A DNA stretch of 64,000 nt from Ranitomeya imitator (taxonomy: Eukaryota), in assembly GCF_032444005.1 (NCBI RefSeq), contig NC_091289.1, forward strand, positions 172,112,001 to 172,176,000, read 5' to 3'. The first letter of the stretch is position 1, and each line of letters begins with the position of its first letter. The notes under the pieces were generated by a model. That model was not told the origin of the DNA, searched no databases, and was given only the letters and a program-made list of their open reading frames with translations. The position numbers and the translations under genes were made by a program. This document shows positions 1 through 18,990 of this stretch, one piece after another.

Positions 1-370
1 AAGCATGCTGCCTTTTGTTACCAGTCAGACATAAACTATCAGGATAACCCTAAAGTTCAGATAGGAAAAATGGATGTGGTCTGCATGTACTGCAGTGCCC
101 TGAAATGGAGAGATGAACCGCCAGGTTTATGCTGTGCAAATGGCAAGATAAAACTTCCACCTCTCCTGTCACCACCAGATCCCCTAAAGTCTCTGATGAC
201 AGGTACCAGTACAATTGTGAAATGCTTCTATTAGCTTAGTTTTTGCCTTTTAATAATTACATTTCTATATATTTGTTTTGTGGTTTTGTGTGCAGAATAA
301 ATTTTTGTTAACACATTCTATTTTGCTAACAGCAGTTATTAACCCGGGCGAAGCCGGGTAGTACAGCTAG
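1..370 (+). mobile_element. Helitron 3' end (internally deleted), with RepHel N-terminal zinc-finger fragment
   Basis: Frame 1 from base 1 reads ...QIGKMDVVCMYCSALKWRDEPPGLCCANGKIKLPPL..PPDPL, the CxxC/CC zinc-finger-like motif typical of Helitron RepHel. A hairpin ACCCGG-gcgaag-CCGGGT lies at 342-359, followed by the terminal CTAG (367-370) and a T, which is the canonical Helitron 3' end. Confidence 0.85.
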
Positions 371-409
371 TTAAAAATTAATTTGGTTTCCAGAGACCTA
401 GCAATTACA

Positions 410-3400
410 AAATGCGTAATGCGTGTGTTAAGGGACAGGAAGTGGAAGAGCTGATGATGGTGCACACAGAAGCCGAGGATGTGGGGCAGGTGCGACTACG
501 CCCAAGAGACAAGCCCATCCAAGACGCATTTGTTCCTGCCCCACTTTCCCGGGAGGCACGGTACACCACTTCTGAAGCGAGAGCAGTGCAAACAGGTGGT
601 TGGTTGGATAGCAGATAATGCTTCCAGCAGGCTTGACAGCACCACACGGTCCAGTCTCACCAGCCTACAGTCTAGATCACTTATTCCTCACCCTGATCCT
701 CCTTCCTACAGTCTAGATCACTTATTCCTCACCCTGATCCTCCTTCCTACAGTCTAGATCACTTATTCCTCACCCTGATCCTCCTTCCTACAGTCTAGAT
801 CACTTATTCCTCACCCTGATCCTCCTTCCTACAGTCTAGATCACTTATTCCTCACCCTGATCCTCCTTCCTACAGTCTAGATCACTTATTCCTCACCCTG
901 ATCCTCCTTCCTACAGTCTAGATCACTTATTCCTCACCCTGATCCTCCTTCCTCCTACCATGCCGAGTTCCTGGAGACTAGTGATACCACACTAGGACAC
1001 TCCGAGGAGCCATTTACCACAAAATTTCTTGATTGTGGCCTCTCGACCTGCACGCTTCAAGAGGGACAGGAGGACATATTGTTTAGCGATGCACAGACCT
1101 TATAGCAGCCACTGCCACAAGAACTTGATGGTGGGGGGACGGCAAATTTGGGACAAAGAGGAAGAAGATGATGAGTTGCCGCCAAGACTTGTTGTTGTTA
1201 AGTCACAAAGTCAGGAGGACTAGGATGCGGTGGTGGAATACAAGGTGGTGGAAGATGAAGTGACTGACCCAACCTGGGAAGCTGTCATGCAGAGTGAGGC
1301 CAGCAGTGCTGAGGGGGGAGAAGGATCGGCAGCACCAAAACAGGCAGGAAGAGGCAGTGGGGTGACCAGAGGGAGAAGGCTGGCAACTATTCCTACGATC
1401 ACCAACACTCCTGAATTTTTCTGTCAAAGAGTTACGGTAAGTATTCCCCAGTCTGGGACTTTTTTTTAAAGAGAGATCTGAGACAAACAAAATGGCCATT
1501 TGCAACCTATGCCACGCAAAGATCAGCAGGGGCCTGACCACTAAGAGCCTAACCACCACCAGCATGATCAGGCACATGTCATCTAAGCACCCGACTCAGT
1601 GGGCAGAATGCCTGGGGACATGATTGGTGCCATAGGATAACACCACTGCCTCTTCCCCTGTGCTCGGTGCTTCCCAATCCCCTGTCCAAAACACTGGCGC
1701 AGATTTCTCCAGCTGTTCATACCTCAGAACTTAGAATTAAAAAGAAAATTCCCAGCCACAAGCTCAAAATGCTAAACGGGCACACATCTAGGCTGCTTGC
1801 TGTGGAAATGTTGTCATTTAGGCTGGTAGACAGGGAGGATTTCCGCCGACTCATGGAGGCAACTGTCCCTAGCCACCATTTTGTCTCCTGGTGTGGCGTC
1901 CCAGCCTTGTACAAACACGTGTCCAGAAACATCACTCGTGCACCTACTAGCATTGTCCACTTAACAACCAACACTTGGACAAGCGCTTGTGGCCAGGGAC
2001 GCTACATTTCCCTGATGGCACACTGGGTGAACATTGTGGAGGCTGGAGTTGAGTCTCACCCTGGCACGGTGCATGTGCTCCCAAGTCTGAGGATTGCTGG
2101 CCCTACTTCTATGAAACTGAACCTCCAACCAGGCATGGCCGTGTGTGATAATGGGTGTAATTTGATTGCGGCTGTGAAGCTTGGCAAGCTCGCACACCTA
2201 CCATACTTGGCACATGTGCCCAACTTGGTAGTTCAGCAGTTTCGGAAAACATACCCAGATTTGCTAGAGTTTCTGGTCAAGGGACACCGGTGTTAGAGCC
2301 CATTTCCACAAGCCGTCTACAGCTGCCGCCACTCTGACACTACTGCGGCAGCACATGCAAGTGCCGGTTCACCGAACTCCACATTGCACATGCTGGCAAG
2401 GCTTTGTGAGCAGAAGAAGCCAGTGGTTGAGTATGAGCTCCAACACGCCAGTCGGTATACTGGTCGGCCTCCACACATACCGTAAGTTAAGAGTGAGCAT
2501 GGATGTCTGACATTTGTGTGGTTCTCCAAGACTTCAGCGCAACAATCCCGCTTCTGTGCCTACTTAAACAGTCGCTGCTCACAATTAAACATGAAGCTTT
2601 GCATGCAGAGAAGGTGGGGATGGAGGAAGACATGAGACAGGGAGATACTACCCAGCCTCATCTCAGCCGCTAAGCTTGGATTGGGCAACAGTGAGGAGGT
2701 GGAGGAAGAGGCGGAACAGGAGCTGGTGGCTAGCGCAACACAGGTTAGTAGCCGCATAACCTTCGTCTCGTCTCTCCTATATGAATAGGCATGAGGATAT
2801 GGAGAGTAGTCATCATGTTGGACACAGGGAAGTGTTGGCTGTATGGAGCTTGGCACATATGGCCTATTTTATGTACCGCTGCCTATCCCATTACCTTTGA
2901 ATTACATTCATCTCGGCAAAAAAAAAAAAAAAAAACGGAACCGGCTGTTCTCCCTGCTAGACCCACGCTACACGGAGAACTTTGCTTCTCTTCTTGAGGT
3001 TGAGAGGTCTTCTAAAATGTTGCTATACCAGAAGGCCATAGTGGAAAATGTTGCAAAAATTCCTATCAGAAAACACCAGTGGCAGGGGGCAAGGTTCCTT
3101 GTTCAACGAAGGAGAAGAGGTCAGTGACAGACAGCAGAGGCAGGGGTACACTGTCAAAGGAGTGGGCCAATTTCAAGACACCAGTCCAGCGCTTGATGAC
3201 CGGGTATTTTTGAAAAGGATGGAAAAGGTTTTTTTGTTAAAATTGTCACCTGATCGACCAAACCAGTGTACTCCCTAATTCCACTGCGACTTTCAACTAT
3301 TGGGTCTCAATGCTAGACACCTGGCTGAGCTGTCCCTCTATGCCTTGGAGGTGTTGTGCTGCCCTGCCGCTAGAGTCTTGTCTGAGCGGGTTTTTAGTGC

Positions 3401-3480
3401 CGGGGATGGGGTTAGGTTATAACAGACAGGCACTTTCTACAGAGAATGCAGACAGGCTCACTCCAAAATTAACAAAGCCT
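410..3480 (+). mobile_element. Decayed hAT-superfamily DNA transposon (transposase pseudogene)
   Basis: Frameshifted motifs occur in hAT order: BED zinc finger (AICNLCHAKI...MIRHMSSKHP, ~1490-1595), LSFRLVDREDFRRLM, HLTTNTWTS (first catalytic D replaced by N), VCDNG, LAHLPYLAHVPNLVV, LLDPRY (~2950), and the hATC dimerisation motif (ELSLYALEVLCCPAARVLSERVFS, ~3325-3400). There are many stops and frameshifts, and no termini were identified. Confidence 0.9.
664..950. repeat. 41-bp tandem repeat, 7 copies
   Basis: The unit CCTACAGTCTAGATCACTTATTCCTCACCCTGATCCTCCTT recurs at 664, 705, 746, 787, 828, 869 and 910. Confidence 0.95.
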
Positions 3481-4729
3481 GGATTAGCCCACACTTTTTC
3501 ACACTAACAGATAACAGCACCACCTAAAGCATTTTTAATATTCAATATTTTAATGAGGCCCGCCAGTTGTTACCTTTCAGGGGTCTATGGATGACCCTAA
3601 CCGTATTTCTGTCTCGCTTTGCAGTTTCTGCAAAGCCTTTATGACTGTACAAGTACATCATCTACACTTTAAAAAAACACGGTTATTGTTGCATTATGGT
3701 GGTATGTAAAACTTACAAAAAGTGTAGAAAAATATTTCAGGATTCGATTACTCATTCATACAGTATTATGTGCTGTCACATTTTTGTGGTATTTAACATT
3801 AGAAAAAAAAAGTTAAAATTTTTTGCTGGGTTACATTTCTCAGCCATACAGCATTACGTGTTCTTTGGTACATTTAGTAGTTTTATAACCCTCCAAAAGA
3901 AGTTTTCAAAATTGTATCGCTATAAAGTTCATCCAGACCATGGAATAGCCTATGGAGTACATTTCCTTGGTATATAACCCTCAAGAAAGTCTCCAAAAAT
4001 TGAGTCTGTATGCACACGTTGTAGACTTTGTTTGTGTGCTTGTCGCGTTTTTCTGCGTGGATTCGTGACAAAACCTGATGCAAAAGCTGAAGCCACAAAG
4101 TGAATGAGAAACCTGAAGTGCCATGCACACGTTGAGTATTTCTGACTTGCAGATTTGGTGCAGAAAATAATCTGCTGATTGTGAATTCTCTGTGCATTTT
4201 TCCTGCCAAGAGATGCAGAAATTTTACTCCACATGTGCTCATCCCTATATCGGTATTATATTGCTCATTCATAGACTACTCTGTGGTCTGGAGTACATTT
4301 CCTTGGCATATAACCCTCAAAAGTGCATAGCCTTTATGAGCCTAGGAGTAACAATACATGACAATATGAACAGAATGTGTATGAGGCCACCTTTATGTCT
4401 AATATAGGTAGGAAATGTATAGGAGGTGTGTCAATGCACTTGGAAGATGAAGTCTAAGTGCACCGTGACGCCCCAGTGTACCTCCAGCCTGTTTTGCTTA
4501 TGGTTTCTACACTAGATTTCTCATGACTGGCACATCGGATCTTTACAAATAAGGTATCACTTTAATTGGGGAACAAGCGCCTATACAGCCATACCACTGC
4601 GCCCATATGTAATATGTGCTAACAGGTTCCCTTTAAAAGAGGTTGGACACCATTTTAATACTGAGGGAAGTGGTAGACAAGTGCGTCACATTTATTTTAC
4701 ATATCTCTGCTCCCCATGAGGCTGACGCC

Positions 4730-5960
4730 CAGGGCCGGCGTCAGCACCCGGCGTACCGGGGCAAATGCCGGGGCCCTGAACAAATGGGGGGGCCCACTCA
4801 GGGCCGGGATACCAGGGAGCCCGGGCTGCTCCTCCAGCAGCTTCGCCACTACTTGAGCTCAGCCGTCACTTAAATAAACATGGCCGCACACAGTGCACTC
4901 TGCAGCGATGTCTCTGCTTCTGCTAGTAATGACGCGGCCGGGCGGACACACAAGCAAAGTTAAAGGCACAGTGTCTGCCTGACCGCATCATTAGCAGCAG
5001 ACACAGCTGCAGCGTGCACTGTGGGTGGCCATGTCTGTTTAAGTGACGGCCATCGATCAAGCAGCACTCCCTCCATATCTACATGCCAGAGGAGCCTGAT
5101 GGGTGACAGGCCTGGGGGAGGTGAGTGAGGCTTGTGTCTGTCTGTATGTCTGTGTATGCCTGTATGATGTGCATATCTGTGTATATCAGTGTGTTTGACT
5201 GTACATATTTATGTATTTTTGTGAATTTGTCTTCAAATATATGTATGTAAATATCTGCGTATTGTATGTGTATATCTGTGTATTGTGTATGTCTGCGTAT
5301 TGTGTGTGTGTGTGCGCATGTCTGCGTATTGTGTGTGTGCGCATGTCTGTGTATTGTGTGTGCATGTCTGCGTATTGTGTGTGTGTGTGCGCATGTCTGC
5401 GTATTGTGTGTGTGTGCGCATGTCTGCATATTGTGTGTGTGTGCATGTCTGAGTGCTGTGTGTGTGCATGTCTGAGTGCTGTGTGTGCATGTCTGCGTAC
5501 TGTATGTGTATGTCTGCGTATTGTGTGTGTGTGCGCATGTCTGCGTATTGTGTGTGTGCGCATGTCTGTGTATTGTGTGTGCATGTCTGCGTATTGTGTG
5601 TGTGTGTGCGCATGTCTGAGTATTGTGTGTGTGTGCGCATGTCTGCATATTGTGTGTGTGTGCATGTCTGAGTGCTGTGTGTGCATGTCTGCGTACTGTA
5701 TGTGTATGTCTGCGTATTTGTGTGTGTGCATGTCTGCATAGTGTGTGTGTGTGAGTGCGCATGTCTGCGTACTGTACATGTGTGTGCATGTCTGCGTATT
5801 GTGTGTGTGCATATCTGCCTATGTGAAGGATGAGGGGGAAGGCTAGGCCCTGTGTAATATATATATATTTCTCCTCCGTATCTGTGCATCATGAATCGTG
5901 GTATGTGGGCCCACTGAGACTCTTTTGCCCGGGGCCCACAAAATCCTGGAGCCGGCCCTG
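4730..5960. mobile_element. Non-autonomous hAT-like MITE (TIR CAGGGCCGGC)
   Basis: CAGGGCCGGC at 4730 and GCCGGCCCTG ending at 5960, with the direct repeat TGACGCC on both flanks (4723-4729 and 5961-5967). It contains an internal imperfect palindrome at 4862-5050. Confidence 0.85.
5140..5815. repeat. TG-rich degenerate minisatellite (GCATGTCTGCGTATT(GT)n units)
   Basis: Visible directly in the sequence; it accounts for the spurious H/T/C-rich ORFs at 5079-5892. Confidence 0.95.
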
Positions 5961-6037
5961 TGACGCCATCACTGATTACATATTGTGCAGCGATGTGGAT
6001 CTGTCACAGCGATATATAAGCCGCATCCATCGCTCAC

Positions 6038-6169
6038 CTCCCTGGACGAGCTGTCTGGCCATGAAGAGCGCCGTGGAGCCTGTGGAACAGTTATTGTTAA
6101 CATTGATGATGGGGATCCCGGTCAGCCCCAGACTGTGGTAGATCGCTCGCTGGCCACTTGTTGAATCAC
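6038..6169 (-). CDS. SCP2: SCP2 exon 4 (thiolase active-site Cys)
   Basis: Acceptor ttttccag|, donor G|gtgagc; 132 nt; contains [13 protein letters not shown]. Confidence 0.96.
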
Positions 6170-9100
6170 CTGGAAAAAAAAAACACATTTTAGAAAGTGA
6201 TACCCTGGTACCCGACCACCTTTCTGAGAAGACCCCACCAGCATCCAGACAAGATTTCCCATCTTCTGATAGGTTATAGAACATGGCCAGTGTGCCTAAG
6301 GACAAGGCGATTATCCTAATATCTGGCAGCTTTCCAAAAGCCAGAACTTTTCATCAACATATGAAGACATTATTATTTTATTTTTGTAGTTTGGATTGAA
6401 ACCAGTCATAAATATACAATATATTGAAACACGGACATTCCACCGTTTCTTTTCTTCGAAACCACATTGGCTTAATTTTGAAATAGCCGTGTTATAGTTC
6501 GGGGAATACCAAATTCACCAAGTTGTTTTTTGCTTAAACTACCGGTAACTAAAATAAATAAATAAAAATAATGATAAATAAAAACAAAAGGGACTTCATT
6601 TGGCATATTCTGAAAGCCGTAACTTTTTTAAATGATCTTTCAGCTGATGGTGAAGTAACAGAAAGAAGAAAAATAAAGAAATAATTTACCATTTAATTCC
6701 CCCCCTTCCAAAATTCACAAATCTATAATATATATATATCTATCTATCTCGCCTTTCTGTACTTTTATTTCTCATGCCATTACAGAAATCTAAGATTCTT
6801 CTCCCGACTGACACATTCCTGCATTTAGTCTTCAGATGTAGCAGAGCTGAGCTGGTCATAGCACACATTACATCGCGTACCGTAGACGTAGCCCACACAC
6901 GCCTGCTCCACCAAGTTGTATGGAACTCCTGCATCCGCCAGAGCCTTCTGTCCTGTAATGGAGAAAATGATCATGGAGGAGCTGCAGAAGGAGCCGGCGA
7001 CAGAGAGGAAGGTGCAGCGGGCGCCGGCCTTTGTCAAAGACGTTAATGGATTCAGGAAGAAAGTTTCTCGGTAAAATGATTTCCAGATTACTTGGATTTT
7101 GTCAGCCTGTCCTAGATGCAGAAGATTAGGAAGTGTACAGATGCCTAGAAAATCCGAGTCTGGATGGATAACGGTCACCTGCTCATGAGAAACACATGGA
7201 TAATATGGGATCCTGTATTTTTGGACTTTCAGACGAGTCCTCCTCCGAGAAGCAGAAGGCAAACATACAAGATGGGGCCCGTGGCAGTAGAAAACATTGG
7301 GCTCACACTCACCTGCCTCCTTGGCCATATCCGGATAGTCAACTGCATCTCGTGGCTTCAGGAACTAAAAACAGGAAAACAAATTACTTTCTGCACTACA
7401 AGAGCAGAGACGTTATACAGAGCACAAAGAAACGCCCCGAAGTGGAGACCCCGTAATATTACAGAGCGGGGAGCTGAGCGCTGAGGAGCAGAAAAGTCAT
7501 CAACACTCTGCTGACTCCATAACTGCAGAGTCCAGACCTTTTCTGGTATAACATCAGCACAAACACTGCGCCCCCGCCAGGAGCTACATATGGCCTTACA
7601 TCACCAAGCACAATGCCGAGCGTCAGACGGAGAAGTGTAAAAGTGGAGGAAACGAGTTCTGTGCAGTGATAGATCATACTTGTCTATCTGGCGTCTGATG
7701 GACGAGTCTGGGTTCTGTAGATGCCAACACAGCATTACCCCCTGATGGCATTGTGCCCGCTGTATTGCGGGTGGAAGGGGTAATGCTATGGGCTTGTTAT
7801 CAGGGATCATCCTTGATCTCTTAGTTCCTGAGTTAGTCACATTTCTATTGGAAACACTGAACAACTTTCTTGATCTCCCCCAGATTTCTTATAATGCTGT
7901 ACGAGAATCAGTTCTATAGAATAATCATCTTTATTTTTACATAGCGCTAACATATTCCGCAGCGCTTTACACACATTGCATCCTATTATCACATTATATA
8001 GGATTACTTTACAGCACCAGGAGCAAAGAGGAGATTTCCAACAGCAAGAAAATGCTGGGAGATCTCAGCCCTGTACCGGCGATAACTCTGGATCAGTGCT
8101 AGATAATTAATGCAATAACTAATTAATTAACGCTGTATGTAAACTGGTCCTTGACCTTCTCCATCACAGATCTATATTAGGCTCGTACTGATTAACAAGT
8201 GCGTATCAGGACGCCATCACAGGATTACTGCTTCTGTCTGATCAAAGGGCGACAGCTGACTGTTCTGCAACATTTCACCACGATTTGGAAAGTTACAGAA
8301 AACTTTCCAAAACAATCTTGAATTGTGCAGACTTTTTTATTTTTCTTTTCTTGACACTTTGCCATGTAGGAAGCATGCAGAAAATTAACAGCAAATAAGG
8401 TTTTAATAAATAAAATAAATTTAATGTATACATTGCAAAGACATACTGATAGGGAATTTAGATTGTGAGCCCCGTCGGGGACAGTGATGATGATGTGTGC
8501 AAACTGTAAAGCGCTGCGGAATATGTTAGCGCTATATAAAAAGAAAGATTATTATTATTATTATACATTGCGGAAATGTTTTTTTGCATGGAAACGGCTT
8601 TCGCAGAATTAATTATGGATTTTGCAATGTAAAAAGAGTGAAATCTGCAGCAAAATCCAAAATGTGGATTTCAATAAAAACAAAAAGCAAAAACAAACAA
8701 ATAACATTTTCTATGCGTTAAGATATTGTTATTTCCTGCTGCCCTCACAGGTTGAGCTTCGCAGGGACGATCCGCAGTGAACGGATGGTGAATTCACACT
8801 TTACGGATTTTTCGGCAGAAATTCCCTTTTGCTGTTTCAGACCTTTCTGCGACCTGTGAGCCTCCCCTATAACTTTCCACATAGAATAATATAGAGCGGA
8901 TTCTCCGCTGATTTTCACTGTCAGCGAAGCGCATGGGATATTATACTGTGTACACAATTAGCGCTGTGTTTGTTTAGTAATAAAAGTACAAATTGTCAAA
9001 GGTCAATAAACCGAAACAGAACCTCACTCCTCCTAGAATATCTGCAGAATTATTATGCAAATTAATAAAAAACGCCAATTTTCCACCGCAGATTGGTTAT

Positions 9101-9467
9101 GTTCATCGTTACGGATCAGCAGCATCTGACGCTTGCAGTCGGGTTTGTTGGGTTGGGTTAAGTGCTGCTGAATTCTGCGCTAGAATTACAAATATCGATG
9201 GCGGAGGCCAAACATGATCAGAACTGATCGACACCATCAGTGATCAGGGCGGATCGCTCTGTGTCAGTCTCTCACTTTCCTGCTGCAACTTAATTTTGTA
9301 TCAAAGTTTTTGCAAAGTCATGAAGTCACACAACTGCACAGAAAACAAACAGGACAATAAACGCAGCAGGTGTGAACACTCCCCAAACCAGGCAGATCAC
9401 ACTGTCACTGTCAGACCTTGGTCATTCCTACGCCCGCCACATAGACTTTCCTCTGGTTGGATCCCAT
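6038..9467 (-). CDS. SCP2: Sterol carrier protein 2 / SCPx thiolase, 5' part (exons 1-4; gene continues beyond the left edge)
   Basis: Spliced exons 9467-9417, 7364-7313, 6952-6881 and 6169-6038 give [103 protein letters not shown]. This matches the SCPx thiolase N-terminus including the catalytic NNNC motif. All junctions are GT-AG and in phase. Confidence 0.97.
6881..6952 (-). CDS. SCP2: SCP2 exon 3
   Basis: Acceptor tacag|, donor G|gtacgc; 72 nt; reads [23 protein letters not shown]. Confidence 0.95.
7313..7364 (-). CDS. SCP2: SCP2 exon 2 ([18 protein letters not shown])
   Basis: Acceptor tttttag|, donor G|gtgagt; 52 nt. Confidence 0.93.
7430..7840 (+). mobile_element. Tc1-like transposon fragment
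   Basis: Degenerate Tc1 transposase sequence (...ATCACCAAGCACAATGCC...GTTCTGTGCAGTGAT...TCTGATGGACGAGTCTGG). A related copy lies at 17040-17320. Confidence 0.7.
7921..7975 (-). mobile_element. L2/CR1-type LINE or SINE 3' tail fragment
   Basis: Reverse complement of the GTAAAGCGCTGCGGAATATGTTAGCGCTAT...(ATT)n tail also seen at 8455 and 14200. Confidence 0.65.
8455..8563 (+). mobile_element. L2/CR1-type LINE or SINE 3' tail
   Basis: TAGATTGTGAGCCCC...GGGGACAG...TGTAAAGCGCTGCGGAATATGTTAGCGCTATATAAAA...(ATT)n. Confidence 0.75.
9417..9467 (-). CDS. SCP2: SCP2 coding exon 1 ([17 protein letters not shown])
   Basis: ATG in GCCGAGATGG context; donor AAG|gtctga; 51 nt. Confidence 0.92.
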
Positions 9468-9817
9468 CTCGGCAGCTCTTAGGTCTCGGCAGCTCTCAGG
9501 TCTCTGCAGTCTGTGCACAACCCCCGAGCTGACCTCCTAGGACACTGATCTGCCAGCACTGGCCGCAGCCGCCCTGTTCTGACAGCTTAAAGCTGCGATG
9601 GCACACAGTGTGATTGTTTGCTTAGTGCCTACTGACCAGAACGTCGTCCCTTTAAAGAAGGCGTGGTGAAAGTGAGTAACCCGACCAATCAGGAAGCGCT
9701 GGAATGACAGCGCTGGTTCGAAGAGCCAATCACAAGAATTGTCCCGCCTATCCAGATCCGGTGTACATAACAAGGGTTGGCCACTGGGTGGCGCACTGCC
9801 GGATAACATATTACACC
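9468..9817. promoter_or_regulatory. Bidirectional promoter shared by SCP2 and ECHDC2
   Basis: Divergent start codons at 9467 (-) and 9818 (+). The interval is GC/CpG-rich, with CCAAT boxes at 9685 and 9726 and a GC box CCCGCC at 9743. Confidence 0.8.
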
Positions 9818-16555
<6,738 letters not shown>

Positions 16556-17039
16556 CAGACTAATAAAGCCAAGTTCTATCCTGGACGCCTCAATTTCAGA
16601 AAACTGGCCGAGATACATTGAATCAGTTAGTCTGAGCTTCACACCTCCCCTGGAAAACACCGTCACATACTTATGGAATAATGGCTTCTTGTTCCAGGAA
16701 CATGGATTTAGATCTTTTACATTAATCTCAGAATTATATTTTGGAATTTGCACCCTAAAAACGAGTCATTCATTAACTTACTCTGCCAAGCTATATGGAT
16801 AGTGGTCAAATAGGCTCCTGAAATAGGACATGATCAGGAATTGTTAAAATTCAGCCTATGGCACATATTCTGGCGCTGACCTGGTAATGTCTCTCAGTGC
16901 ACAAAATGTGTCATTTTTATATTACTTGGTTCAGTGCATACAATGTGTGTTGGATTGTACTCCCGTATTAGGAGCAAGCACAGTCTCACTGCCTATATTA
17001 AGTATAAGTGATAAATGGTTAATTCGTCACTCTATAAAA

Positions 17040-17320
17040 CTGGGCTGAAGTGGAGACCCTGTAACGTTACAGAGCAGGGGGCCGAGTGCCGAGGAGCAGA
17101 GAACAGAAAAGTCACCAACACTTTGCTGACTCCATAACATCAGCACAAACACTGCGCCCCCGTTGGAAGCTTCATGGTCGAGCAGCTGCATTCAGCCTTA
17201 TATCACCAAGCACAATGCCGAGCGTCGGATGGAGTGGTGTAAAGCCTCCACCACTGGATTCTGGAGAAAGTGTTCTGTGCAGCGATTACTTCTCAATCTG
17301 GCATCAGATGGATCGGTCAT
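17040..17320 (+). mobile_element. Tc1-like transposon fragment
   Basis: Homologous to 7430-7700 (GTGGAGACCC...CATCACCAAGCACAATGCCGAGCGTC...GTTCTGTGCAG). Confidence 0.7.
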
Positions 17321-18990
17321 AAAATGAATAAATATGGAAAGCAGCTAAAAATGTTGTCTCTAGAGAAGTTCAGAGCAATGCAATCTCCTGACTCACGGAA
17401 CAGTCCAGCACAACCCCTATTAAGTATTTGGCAGGACCCTCTCGCAGCACTGCATCCGGTATCCTCAGCTAAGAATCAAAAAGCTTACTATTGCCCAAAT
17501 CACAAACCAATCATACAAATCTGTAACTTTTAGTAAAAAGGAAAGTTATGCCAGGGTCAGGTAGTCACCGCGAGTTTATTTTCTGGTGCATTACACAAGA
17601 GTCAGTGTCTGGTTCACATACAGTGTGATGTACACGCACACACGAGGTGGCCGACGGGACACATCTTATGCATTTACAGTAACATGAGTAGTGGCAGATA
17701 CTAAAAGATCAGAATACGCCACTTAGACCATAGCGATAACCTCCAGTCCTGTACGGAGCCCAGGTCAATGGTAAATGATTGTACGCCAGCAACAACTTAA
17801 AAGGAACACTAAACGTAGGAGGAAAGCTCTGGATAACATTCAATTTTTGCAGAGTCTTACAATTCCTGGTCTCCTGCTGCAGCCAGTTGCCGAACAGCCA
17901 GGTAAAAGGTTTGGGTGGGGTTTGATCTTAAACATATAGAAAAATATTCATATTACATTTGTATTTAAATATACATTTTATATTCCATTTAAAAAAAACA
18001 AAAAAAAAAAAAGTAATTGGATTTTATTTTTGCCCATATTTTTACATTTAGTGCTCCGTTAGTGCTGGAGGTTGCAGGTATTGGCAAAACACAGCGGTAG
18101 TGAAATTCTCATACAATATAAATTTAAAATTTCAAGAACAGATAAAGCAAAACACTTCATGCACTTCCCAAATCTTCTCAGAGAAATGCTACAGCAACAA
18201 ATCAATTTTATTTTTTTTATCTTGTCCCAGAAATTTTGGATAAGACATTTCGCAGGATGATACAAAAACATCACCCGTAAAGATAGGGTCTTGTCTGCAG
18301 TGTTGTAACTGATCCATATGCCCATTTAGGTTTTTGTTGGGACGAAATCTTTAATTTGCGCTTTTGCCCTTGAAGGGGTCTTGGCCAATTTTATTTTCCA
18401 TAATACCTTCTAAATATGTATTAAAATACTTACAGATTGCCGTCTTCTCCAGTTTCCAGCTTCGTTCCAGTCCTCTTCTGAAAATCAGACTCGCCGGCTC
18501 ACACAGGGGTTTGCGTATGGTCCGGAAGTCACTTTATGGATGAAAATCTATGGATCCTTATTTCACATCTCATAGACTTACATAGGAAAAGCAAAAGACG
18601 GATCTGTGAGCCGGCAACACTGAAGTGCAGTCACGTGGGTCAGAAGAGGATTGGAGCAGCGCTGGGAACGGCGGAAGACTACAATCAGTGAGTATATTAA
18701 TAAATTATATACATTATTGGAAGACATTGCAGAAAAATGTTAAAGGATTTAAAACAAAAAAAACAGAAATTCTCTTTTGGTCATTTGTTTGTAGTTTCCT
18801 GTAAAGATACAATCAACCATGCACATCTTTTACAAGGAACATCCCACAAACACAATTATAGCGTATAAATACCCACATTGTCCCTCAGCCTTTGAATAAT
18901 GTGTAAGTTTTACCCAAATACCCTTTTCTGATAAAATATTATTCACTATTGCAACACAGCTTTACACGGACGCAATCTGTGTTTGGCTTA

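Noticed and set aside
5079-5892. His/Thr/Cys-rich ORFs
   Set aside because: They are translations of the TG/CA minisatellite.
1-6037. Search for SCP2 exon 5 (..CVLALGFEKM..)
   Set aside because: Not found by eye in this interval; it presumably lies left of the window, so it was not annotated.
7179-7236. Alternative candidate for SCP2 exon 2 ending GCAG|gtgacc
   Set aside because: It has an in-frame TGA and no thiolase similarity. The true exon 2 is 7364-7313.
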